DNA from: an uncultured Winogradskyella sp.
Lineage (GTDB): Bacteria; Bacteroidota; Bacteroidia; Flavobacteriales; Flavobacteriaceae
DNA: 64,000 bases
Assembly: GCF_947498345.1 (NCBI RefSeq)
Contig: NZ_CANMJY010000005.1
Coordinates: forward strand, 225,168-289,167
Reading direction: 5' to 3'
Position numbers and translations under genes: made by a program. This document shows, piece by piece, positions 1 to 8,842 of the stretch; positions within the stretch are counted from its first letter, which is position 1, and the number at the start of each line of letters is the position of its first letter. Under the pieces are notes generated by a model, which saw only the letters and a list, made by a program, of their open reading frames with translations, had not been told where the DNA came from and made no database searches.

Positions 1-1574
1 CGAGGTTTTTTGTGGTCTTAGTTAACAACATTAGTTTTTGCCCAACACTATCATGTAATTCCCGCGCTAATCGTGAACGCTCATTTTCTTGTTCGTTAAT
101 TAAATCTTGTGAGAATCGTTCTTGAAGTTCTTGTTTTACTTTAGCAAATTTTCTAGAACGTATTAAATATATAATTGTAAATAGTGCTAGCAAACTTAAT
201 CCACCAAACAATAGCCATTGCTGTTTAGCTCTATTTTTTTGATCCAAAACTACGATTTCATTTTGCTGGGATGAAATTTTAAAATCACGTTTTTCTGTTT
301 CGTATAAGGTCTGATAATACGATAAAGCTCTAGCTTTTTGCACACTATTTATAGAATCGTCAATTTTTTTATGCATAGAAGTATATTTATACGCATTCTC
401 AAAATCATTTAATCCTTTATATATATGGGTTAGCTTATCATAAGTTTGGTATACACCTTCTGTATTATTAGAGTTTAGATGAAGTTCTAAAGCCTTTTGC
501 GCATTAACTAAGGCTTGTTTATAATTTTTAGTTGCCATAAAATAATCTGCTAAAGACGACCAATACGCATATTCAAAAGGATTGGTCTTCATTAGAAAAT
601 TCACTTTGTACTTTATTGTAAAATTGTTGCGCTTTAACTAGGCTATCATTTTCTGAATATGCACTTAACAAAGAATATGTTATTATAGAGGATAATCTAG
701 TTCGTGGAGTAGACTCATCAGTTTTATTGTACCTGTAACTTTCATTTAGATACTTAATCCTCAAAGCCTGATTATCATTTTTATCGGCATCAATAGCAGC
801 ATTAAATAAATTCGGAACTATAGACCTATATTTTTTTTGCATTTTACTTATGCGAATAACCTCAGCACGCTCTTCTTTAGCCTCTTCATAAAATCCCATT
901 TTACTATATACTACAGCTAACGTGTTTCTTGCACTAAGTATACCCGAAGTATCTTTTAGAACCGTAAACATTTTCGTCGTTTCAGAGAGTAATTGTGAAC
1001 CTGTCGCATAGTCACCTGTATCCACATAGGCAGAAGCCTTATATGTTCTTGCTTGGGCATATAACACACTATCATTATCCTTTAAAGCAAAATCTTCAGC
1101 CTTATTGTATATAGGAATAGATTCTTTTATAGCGCCAGAAAAAAAATAAGCATCACCTGCATTGGTATATAGTCTTGCTAAAAGATCATAATCATTTGTT
1201 TGAATGTTTCTGCTTTCAAAATCTTTCAAGACTTTTATGCCTTCTTTAGGTCTATTAACTCTGTTTGCATAATAAAAAATTAATGAATTTGTGCGTACAA
1301 GTGCCAAATCAATAGAATCTAGCTCATAGGCTAAATCAATTGTATTTTTAGTAATAGAATCAAATTTTAAATGGGTTCTGTTATAACTAATGAATCGACT
1401 TAAACTGTCCAATAACCTCAGTTTATGACCTCCATTAGACTTAACAATATCGTCTTTAAGGTTTTGAATTTTTATATCAAAAGAATCTTCTTGCGCATAA
1501 CTTAAAGTAGTAAAAAATAAAACTAGAAAAACAAAGTATTTAAATACATTTTGGGTAAGTCTTATAGTTATCAT
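1..1574 (-). pseudogene. TPR-repeat sensor histidine kinase (HisKA_3/NarX-like) split by a +1 frameshift between 576 and 637; C-terminus runs off the window
   Basis: ORF 573..1574 (signal peptide + TPR) stops at TGA 573-575. The +1 frame continues open to base 1 (NPFEYAYWSSLADYF...KQQWLLFGGLSLLALF...ERSRLARELHDSVGQKLMLL), nearly identical to the kinase region of 1739..3538. Could be a pseudogene, a sequencing error or recoding. Confidence 0.8.
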
Positions 1575-1629
1575 ATATAATACATTAAATGCAGATTTTA
1601 ATAATAAACTACTCTAGTTGATTACGAAT

Positions 1630-1637
1630 CAAATGTA
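1630..1637 (-). promoter_or_regulatory. Bacteroidota -7 promoter element (TACATTTG)
   Basis: Matches TAnnTTTG ~55 bp upstream of the ATG at 1574; equivalent element upstream of the paralogue. Confidence 0.55.
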
Positions 1638-1738
1638 CAATAAAAGCATACTAGCATTAAATAAGAGCTGCCTCGTATTTTATACGTACTGGCTCTTATT
1701 TTTATAGTAACTAAATATCGAAAAAAATTTTATTACTG

Positions 1739-3532
1739 CTAAATTGGAATAGTTAATGTCATTTTTGTGCCTTTACTAATTTCACTATCTAAGTTCATTT
1801 TGGCTCCAATAATTTTAGCACGTTCAAACAAGGTCTTTAAGCCTAAGCCTATATTCTTGAGTTTTGTTTCAAATTCAAAACCTTTACCATTATCGCTGAT
1901 AACTACTGTTAAGTTGTTGAAAGTCTTATTAACCTTCATTTTAACTCCTTTGGCTTCTGAATGTCTTACAATATTACTCAACGTTTCTTGGATGATTCTA
2001 TATAGATGCAATTCAAACTCTTTAGGTAATACATGATCTATATTCTCTATATCTTCGGTAAAAAATAAATCTGTATTGACATTAATATCATAAACCAATG
2101 CATTAATGGCCTCTGTTAATCCTAAACGTTCAAGATTGGAAGGGTGTAAACCCCTAGAAATACTTCGTATTTCTTCCAATGTTGAGCTCGCAATACTTTC
2201 AGCGTCACTATTACCAATACTTTTTGTGGTTTTAGATAATAACATTAATTTTTGACCCACACTATCATGTAATTCTCGTGATATACGAGAACGCTCTTTT
2301 TCCTGCTCATTGATAAGATCTTGTGAAAATTGTTCTTGTAACTCTTGCTTTGATATTGCAAATTTTTTAGAACGAATTAAATAGATAATTAAAAACAGTG
2401 TAAAAAATCCTATTCCTCCAAATAACAGCCATTGATTTTTTATTTTGTTTTGTGCAGATAGAGTTTCTATTTTAGCTTGAGACAATTTTTTTTCTTGCAC
2501 AAACAATAAACTATCTTTTAATTTTTCTTTTTTGTATTTAAATTCTGCATCTAATTCAGCAAAATCTCTAATATTCTTAATGTTTAAGTTTTTTATTTGC
2601 TGTCTTTTATACAATCTGTAATATGAAAACGCGTCTTCGTGTTGATTTAAATCTGTATAAGCATTACTTACACTTAAATAACGATTTGCAAGTCTGTTAT
2701 TAAAGCCAAAAGCCTTTGTTAATTCTAAAGATTTTAAATAGTAATCTAGTGCTTTTTTTGGCTGTCCCAATTTTCTATAAGCATATCCAAGTTCTTTATT
2801 ACTTAATTCTGCGAACACTTTATCATTAATTTCTGCTGCAACTTTAAGCGCTTTTAAAGAATATTGAATTGAAGTTTTAAAATCTTTGATTCTAATGTAG
2901 TACCTCGATAATAAGGTTAATGAATAGGCCTTTTCTTTAAAATTATGTGTTGAGTCCGAGAATTTGTATGCTTTTTGAGCATATACTTTAGCTTTTTCAA
3001 AATCTTTATATACCATATAATAATTAGAATACGAATTCATTACATAAGGAATATCATCATGATTATACTGTTTAGCAGCATCCATTGCTTTGTTAAAAAA
3101 ACTTAAGGTCTTGGTGCTATCCTTTTTTTTAACATATAAACTCCCGAAATAACAGTAGGTCAAAGACAGTGATTGTGTTTCATTTATCCTTTCTTTTATA
3201 GTAAGACTTTCTTGAAGAAGTTTAAGACTATTTGCATAATCTGAGTTTCTTCTATAATTGTAAGCTAGTCTATCAAGGATATTTGCTTTTAGCAATAAGA
3301 AATGATGATTATTTTTATTTTTAGTTAAAACACTATCATTAATAATTGTTAGAGCTCCTTCTAAGTTTTTATAGGAATTTGAAGGATCAACTCTTAAATT
3401 TTGAATACCTTCATTGTATAATTTTTCGATAGCTATACTATCATTCTGAGCTTTTAATCCGGTAACAAAAACTAACGAAGTAATAAAAGCGACACATTTA
3501 AATACATTTAGGTGATGCGTTATAATAATCAT
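1739..3532 (-). CDS. TPR-repeat sensor histidine kinase (HisKA_3 + HATPase_c)
   Basis: Signal peptide, TPR helices, TM helix, H-box RISRELHDSVGQ, N-box IIQETLSNIVRH, G1 SDNGKGF, G2 GLGL. ATG 3532 preferred over TTG 3538 by homology to the neighbour. Confidence 0.92.
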   Translation of the reverse strand: MIIITHHLNVFKCVAFITSLVFVTGLKAQNDSIAIEKLYNEGIQNLRVDPSNSYKNLEGALTIINDSVLTKNKNNHHFLLLKANILDRLAYNYRRNSDYANSLKLLQESLTIKERINETQSLSLTYCYFGSLYVKKKDSTKTLSFFNKAMDAAKQYNHDDIPYVMNSYSNYYMVYKDFEKAKVYAQKAYKFSDSTHNFKEKAYSLTLLSRYYIRIKDFKTSIQYSLKALKVAAEINDKVFAELSNKELGYAYRKLGQPKKALDYYLKSLELTKAFGFNNRLANRYLSVSNAYTDLNQHEDAFSYYRLYKRQQIKNLNIKNIRDFAELDAEFKYKKEKLKDSLLFVQEKKLSQAKIETLSAQNKIKNQWLLFGGIGFFTLFLIIYLIRSKKFAISKQELQEQFSQDLINEQEKERSRISRELHDSVGQKLMLLSKTTKSIGNSDAESIASSTLEEIRSISRGLHPSNLERLGLTEAINALVYDINVNTDLFFTEDIENIDHVLPKEFELHLYRIIQETLSNIVRHSEAKGVKMKVNKTFNNLTVVISDNGKGFEFETKLKNIGLGLKTLFERAKIIGAKMNLDSEISKGTKMTLTIPI

Positions 3533-3587
3533 ATACAATAAATCGAATATAGATTTTAATAATCAACTACTCTCGTTGATTACAAAT

Positions 3588-3595
3588 CAAATTTA
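3588..3595 (-). promoter_or_regulatory. Bacteroidota -7 promoter element (TAAATTTG)
   Basis: TAnnTTTG match within the leader duplicated at 1593-1700. Confidence 0.55.
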
Positions 3596-3780
3596 CGATA
3601 AAAACATATTATACTAAATAAGAGGCAGTATTCATTTTATACGTGCTGGTCCTTATAAATTATTAACCCACGATTTTGAGGAAATCTTTTTAAAGTATTA
3701 AGCTAAGGACGTATAAAGTGCTTACACTATTTACTAGTCTTTCAATAATAATAACTCCATTACAGGCAATAATTTTAAAC

Positions 3781-3800
3781 TACTTTCTGATACATAAAGT
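3781..3800. repeat. Candidate distal attachment site (att)
   Basis: tactttctgatacataaagt vs tactttcctatacagaaatt (15859-15878, mnmE 3' end): 16/20 identical, same orientation. Confidence 0.65.
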
Positions 3801-3882
3801 ACTTCCCTCCTATTCATAGACGTTTCAAGAAAAATGGTACAGATACGGGACAATTATATTGAAAACAAGAAATAATAGAATA

Positions 3883-6800
3883 TTAGAAAATTTGTGATCG
3901 CTTAATCTCATTAAATGAATATATTGGTAATTTAGTTTTTTCTAAAAATTTAATTGGTAATTGATAAGATGCTATCACAATTGACTTTACCTTATAATCA
4001 TCAACATTTTTATTAAACCTCTTTGAAAGTTGTTTAATATTATCAACTAACCAATCATTTCTTGCAACATGTTTAGGTAACTGCTTATCAGCATAATTTT
4101 TCACATCTCTTTGAAAATCATACATTATTTTAGCTTGTTTGGTATTTTTACACTCAATTGAGTATACCAATTTGTTCTTATCATCAAAAGCCAAAATATC
4201 AATGTCACCATAATTTTTATTAGCTATTAAAACACCTTTTATATCAATTTTAACTTCAAAATCAATAACTCTCAATTTTGGGTTTTGAATTAGCCAATCT
4301 CTTACTTCATTTGTGAAGTTTTTACCTTTTATATTAAGACGTTTAGCAATTAAATTTTTTATTTTATGATGCTTATCCTCCACTCTAAGGCTTGCATTTG
4401 AAAATTGATATAATAAATTATCTGATGCTCGAATTAAAAACCTTGCACTCCATAGATACCAAACTTTATCGTCATTATCAATGAGTCTAATTAATGGTTT
4501 CCTTAGATAAGAGAGTTTTCTATTATATCGCCAAGGAAAAATTTCAGGTATTATGTAGCCTTCTGGTGGCTTATCCATTTTCCCTCTACTGTTGAGAGTA
4601 AGCAAATTTAAATATGAATTAATTTTTTCATTATTGAATTTTGTTTCCTTTATTATTAATTCAATGAATTCCTTTTCTTCCATCTTATAATATGAACTCT
4701 CTTGAATTAAACAATATTCCGCCAAAAACAATGAAATTGTGTTTATTTCTAAAAATGTAATTCCCAAATCATAAATAAAGGCCTCATCTATTTTCTTTAA
4801 ATAATCTTCTTCATTTTTTTCATTTGATTCATTCTTTTCATGTTTATTGAAATTAGATTCAAAATTCTCTTTGTAGTCAACCAATTCATCTTCTTTATTT
4901 GATATATTATAGTTAAGCAGAACATCATCGAAAAAGCCTTTACTTATTCCAATTCTTCCAGATTCCAATAATCCCATTTTTGGACTATCTATATCAAACC
5001 TTATTATATCTTGTACATATCCAAAATATATCATTTCATTCATTAATGCTAGTAAATAATCTACGTCGTCATTATTTGGAAGCTTATCATTAAAATACGG
5101 TTCTGCACTCGCAAATTCTATAAGGCATCTCATCGATAAAGAAACATTTACATACTCCGATTCTGTTTCATGAAATTCATTAAAAACATCTACATATTTT
5201 GAAAAACATTCTAACCTTGCAGGTATATATAATTTTCGGTATTCATTCGCTTGTATAATTGCTTCATGATGATGCATTAAAAAGCTTAATAGTTCGAGTG
5301 TATTGTATTCAATTAATTTATTTCTTAACTCTTGAATAATAGCATTAACACAATCAACAAGTAATTTAATTTTATCCTTTTTATCAATTATTTCAACAGG
5401 AATTTCCTTGTCATAATTGAGCCAATCAACAACACTTTCTAAAACATAAGAGTTATCATATTTTTGTATGAATCGTATTTTTGGAAGGTGTCTTTGGTCC
5501 ATCTTTAAATTATAACTTGAATCAACAGTTAAAATCATTTTTGCAGAACCTAATGGTATGTGTTTATCAATTATAAGCTGTATAACTTCCTCACTTAACT
5601 CATCATACCCAATTGCATTAAATAATTTGCTCATACTTTCTATAACTACAGACATAAGTTGTCTTTCGCCATGATTATCTTTTCTATATAGAGCAGCAAA
5701 AAATTCAAAAGGAACTTGAATTTTAATTTTTCCTTCGGCTGCTATAATTTCATATTCAAGATTGAATACTTCTAAATCTAAATTATGTAAAACTTGAGGA
5801 TTGAAATCATATAGTTTGTCATCAAGTGAAATAATAAATTCAATTGGAAAAGGAACAGAGTGATTGAAATGTTTGTTAAGTGATGGATAAAGTTCATTTA
5901 ACCAATGGGCAATTGCATCGATAAAATGAGTAGTCATTGTATCTCTTTTTTTTGGACATGTTATCCAAATTGGGTAATCAAATAATTCTATTGCAGACTT
6001 ATAAATCCCAATATAATATTCTTGTGATAAATAAATTGGAGCATGTTTAGCCGTTTTGTAAACAGGCAAATAACCTATCCCTCTTTTAGGTTTAAAAAAC
6101 ATAACACCATGTTCATCATTTTTAGTATTAATATCAGTTATAACTTTACCTTGTGTTCCAAAATCAAAAAACAAACCATTATAAGCTTCATCACTATGCA
6201 AAAATGAATCATTATTCTTTGTATAATATGAATAATACGTTAAAATAGAATACATAGGAGCAATTCTAACTCCTTTGTTTATCGCTCTATCAAAAGCCTT
6301 ACAATATTTCCAAAGAGAAAGCTTATTTAAATCCCAATTGCTATTTAATCTCTTTAAATCAATAATGTTTATCATTAAAAAGTTATCTGAGCCTTCAATA
6401 TCTTTTAAGGCAAAGAATTTATCATCGGTAGTTGAATAAGAGGAAATTAATAATAATGTTAAGAATTGGTAATTTTCATTATTAACTTTATTACGTACAA
6501 AAGAAATTACTGTACTCGCTCTTTCTTCATAATCGCTATCTTCACTTGAGTTCAATATTACATTAACATATGCCAATTTATTTTCATCAAATTGCCATAT
6601 TGATTCACCATTTCTTAATTCTATTTTGTCCTTAATTTGGGTATCTAAATCGGTCATAGACCAATTCATTTTTCTTAATTCCTTGAAAGAATCATTCTCT
6701 ATGTTTAAATCATAGATTTTCAGCAATTCTTCTAAATGACCATTGACTTCTAATTCATTAACAATGAAATTGTTAAGCGAAAACATTTGTGCACTTGGAA

Positions 6801-7509
6801 ATATTAAATAATATATATCATTGCATATGATAAATGGTTTTAAAAGAATCGGATTTTTATCAATATTGATTAAATCAATTTCATCTTTTTCTATATCAAA
6901 AACGAAATTACTTATTACATCTCTTTTAATATTAAATTCATCATAGATAGCTTGAATTTCTTCTTTACTGAAACAAATTAAATCTTTATAATTTTTAAAA
7001 AAATATTCATCAGGAAAGAACAATTCTTTTTCATTATTATCTAAGGAAATGTACCTTTTTAATCCAATTTCTGTAGCAATATTTGTATGAATTGAAAGAA
7101 AGAAAATAATGGATTCATATATGTTTTTTTTGAATTCACTACTTAGATTATTTTCTGCATGTAGTATACTGTATGTAAGTCCTTGAACAATTTCTGAGCT
7201 ATTTATAACTATTCCTGGAAAAACTATATTATTACCATTTGAAAAAAGAAAATTTTCTGTGAATGATGTTTCAACTGGATCTTCCCTATGATCACTTGGA
7301 AACATTTCTTGTACTGCATTAACAACTCCATCATAATTAAGCTCTTCATCTACATTATTCATGTTCTTAGACAACAGACTAACTATGATCTCAATTCTTA
7401 GATTCTTACCATGATTTTCTGGAAATAATTGTAAAATTGAAAATAATTTTAATAATTCTGATGTACTTTTCTTAGATATATAATTTATAAAATCCTCGTA
7501 TTCTTCCAT
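3883..7509 (-). CDS. Large hypothetical protein (1208 aa) with C-terminal PD-(D/E)XK nuclease-like domain; candidate defence effector
   Basis: C-terminal GDIDILAFD...YSIECKNTK fits D-x(n)-E-x-K; located in island cargo. Confidence 0.6.
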   Translation of the reverse strand: MEEYEDFINYISKKSTSELLKLFSILQLFPENHGKNLRIEIIVSLLSKNMNNVDEELNYDGVVNAVQEMFPSDHREDPVETSFTENFLFSNGNNIVFPGIVINSSEIVQGLTYSILHAENNLSSEFKKNIYESIIFFLSIHTNIATEIGLKRYISLDNNEKELFFPDEYFFKNYKDLICFSKEEIQAIYDEFNIKRDVISNFVFDIEKDEIDLINIDKNPILLKPFIICNDIYYLIFPSAQMFSLNNFIVNELEVNGHLEELLKIYDLNIENDSFKELRKMNWSMTDLDTQIKDKIELRNGESIWQFDENKLAYVNVILNSSEDSDYEERASTVISFVRNKVNNENYQFLTLLLISSYSTTDDKFFALKDIEGSDNFLMINIIDLKRLNSNWDLNKLSLWKYCKAFDRAINKGVRIAPMYSILTYYSYYTKNNDSFLHSDEAYNGLFFDFGTQGKVITDINTKNDEHGVMFFKPKRGIGYLPVYKTAKHAPIYLSQEYYIGIYKSAIELFDYPIWITCPKKRDTMTTHFIDAIAHWLNELYPSLNKHFNHSVPFPIEFIISLDDKLYDFNPQVLHNLDLEVFNLEYEIIAAEGKIKIQVPFEFFAALYRKDNHGERQLMSVVIESMSKLFNAIGYDELSEEVIQLIIDKHIPLGSAKMILTVDSSYNLKMDQRHLPKIRFIQKYDNSYVLESVVDWLNYDKEIPVEIIDKKDKIKLLVDCVNAIIQELRNKLIEYNTLELLSFLMHHHEAIIQANEYRKLYIPARLECFSKYVDVFNEFHETESEYVNVSLSMRCLIEFASAEPYFNDKLPNNDDVDYLLALMNEMIYFGYVQDIIRFDIDSPKMGLLESGRIGISKGFFDDVLLNYNISNKEDELVDYKENFESNFNKHEKNESNEKNEEDYLKKIDEAFIYDLGITFLEINTISLFLAEYCLIQESSYYKMEEKEFIELIIKETKFNNEKINSYLNLLTLNSRGKMDKPPEGYIIPEIFPWRYNRKLSYLRKPLIRLIDNDDKVWYLWSARFLIRASDNLLYQFSNASLRVEDKHHKIKNLIAKRLNIKGKNFTNEVRDWLIQNPKLRVIDFEVKIDIKGVLIANKNYGDIDILAFDDKNKLVYSIECKNTKQAKIMYDFQRDVKNYADKQLPKHVARNDWLVDNIKQLSKRFNKNVDDYKVKSIVIASYQLPIKFLEKTKLPIYSFNEIKRSQIF

Positions 7510-7576
7510 TTAGGCCCTACTTTCTAATTCTTTTTTTACTCCTCTCCTATTTTATCATTTGTATATTCTTCCATAA

Positions 7577-8842
7577 TTAGTTCAAATCTAATTCGTCATC
7601 AGCTCCTGGTAATTCTAATGCCTTTACTGATTGAATAGCATTTCCAGCTATTCCTTTAACCGAACCATACATGTCAATTGTATTGGTCACTACCTTTTCA
7701 ATTTGTTTCTCTCTTTGTTTCCAAATTCTTTGCATTGAGCGTTTTTCACTTTCTAAATCTGATTTCATTTGAGTAAACCCTTCAACAATTGCTTCTATTT
7801 GCATTCTAAATGTGCTACTAGTAAGATAATCATATAGTAAATCCATTTTATCTCCTTTATTTTCTTGAGTTATGACAGCATTATTAACTTGTAAAATACC
7901 TTCTCTTAAAACAGCACAAAGACCTTTAAATTCTTCATAATTACAAATCCAAATACCATCTTTTAATCCCATTCTATCCATATCAGTTGGCATAACTTCT
8001 GTTACCAACACTCCAATATTTGCTTCTCTTTTTCTTATATCTGCTTTAAATTTTTCAATCCAACTTGGTTGAAAATCTTTGGTACGTTTACTTTCATAAT
8101 ATATAGTGCCGCAATTTTGTTCAGTTCTTGTATGAACAATTTGAATACAATCTCCTCCTCTAGCTCCTTTTTTTATTTCTTCAATTGTATCTAATGGGAA
8201 TTTTGATTCTAGCCACTCCTCTATTGCTAATTCTTGAACTTCTCCTTGTAATTGCATAGAGCCTTGCTCTTGCTTACGTTTCATTTCTTCAGTAAGCTTT
8301 TTCTGGTCTTCTAACTGCTTTTGCATTTCTTTAAAACGCAATTCGTTTTTCTCTTCTTCAGATTTCTTAATCTTTTCTTTTTCTCCAATTAGAATTTCAT
8401 TCAGTTTTTTCTGTGCTTCAGCTTCGGCTGCTTCTTTTAATTCACTTTTTTCACGCTTCAACTTTTCAATCTCTGCTTTAGAACGATTCAATTCTTTTAC
8501 TTGTTCAGACTTTTCATTCAATTCTTTTTGTAAAGCATCAAATTGTTCTGACTGCTCTTCTTTTAATTTCAGTTTTAGTTTTAATTCTATTTCTTTCTTT
8601 TCTTCTTTTAACTGATTTTCTAATCGTTCTTGAAAAAGTTCATTTTCTTGTTTTTTCTTTTTCTCAAACTCAAGTTTTTCTTCATTTAGCTTTTTTTGTT
8701 CTGCTTCATATTTCTTTTTTTCTTCAGCAATTTGAGATTGATATTTTTGTTTTATTTCTTCTTCAAGTTGGTGTGCTAAAATATCTTGTACATCTATTGA
8801 CGTGCCGCAGTTTGGACATTTTATTTGAGTTTCGTTTTTCAT
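7577..8842 (-). CDS. DUF2130 family protein (Zn-ribbon, coiled coil, restriction-endonuclease-like C-terminus)
   Basis: IKCPNCG, long E/K coiled coil, QGSMQLQGEVQEL, GGDCIQIV...IYYESKRTKDF, MYGSVKGIAG. Confidence 0.85.
   Translation of the reverse strand: MKNETQIKCPNCGTSIDVQDILAHQLEEEIKQKYQSQIAEEKKKYEAEQKKLNEEKLEFEKKKKQENELFQERLENQLKEEKKEIELKLKLKLKEEQSEQFDALQKELNEKSEQVKELNRSKAEIEKLKREKSELKEAAEAEAQKKLNEILIGEKEKIKKSEEEKNELRFKEMQKQLEDQKKLTEEMKRKQEQGSMQLQGEVQELAIEEWLESKFPLDTIEEIKKGARGGDCIQIVHTRTEQNCGTIYYESKRTKDFQPSWIEKFKADIRKREANIGVLVTEVMPTDMDRMGLKDGIWICNYEEFKGLCAVLREGILQVNNAVITQENKGDKMDLLYDYLTSSTFRMQIEAIVEGFTQMKSDLESEKRSMQRIWKQREKQIEKVVTNTIDMYGSVKGIAGNAIQSVKALELPGADDELDLN

Noticed and set aside
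8200-8780. Low-complexity T-rich periodic sequence
   Set aside because: Explained by the Glu/Lys-rich coiled coil of DUF2130, not a DNA repeat element.
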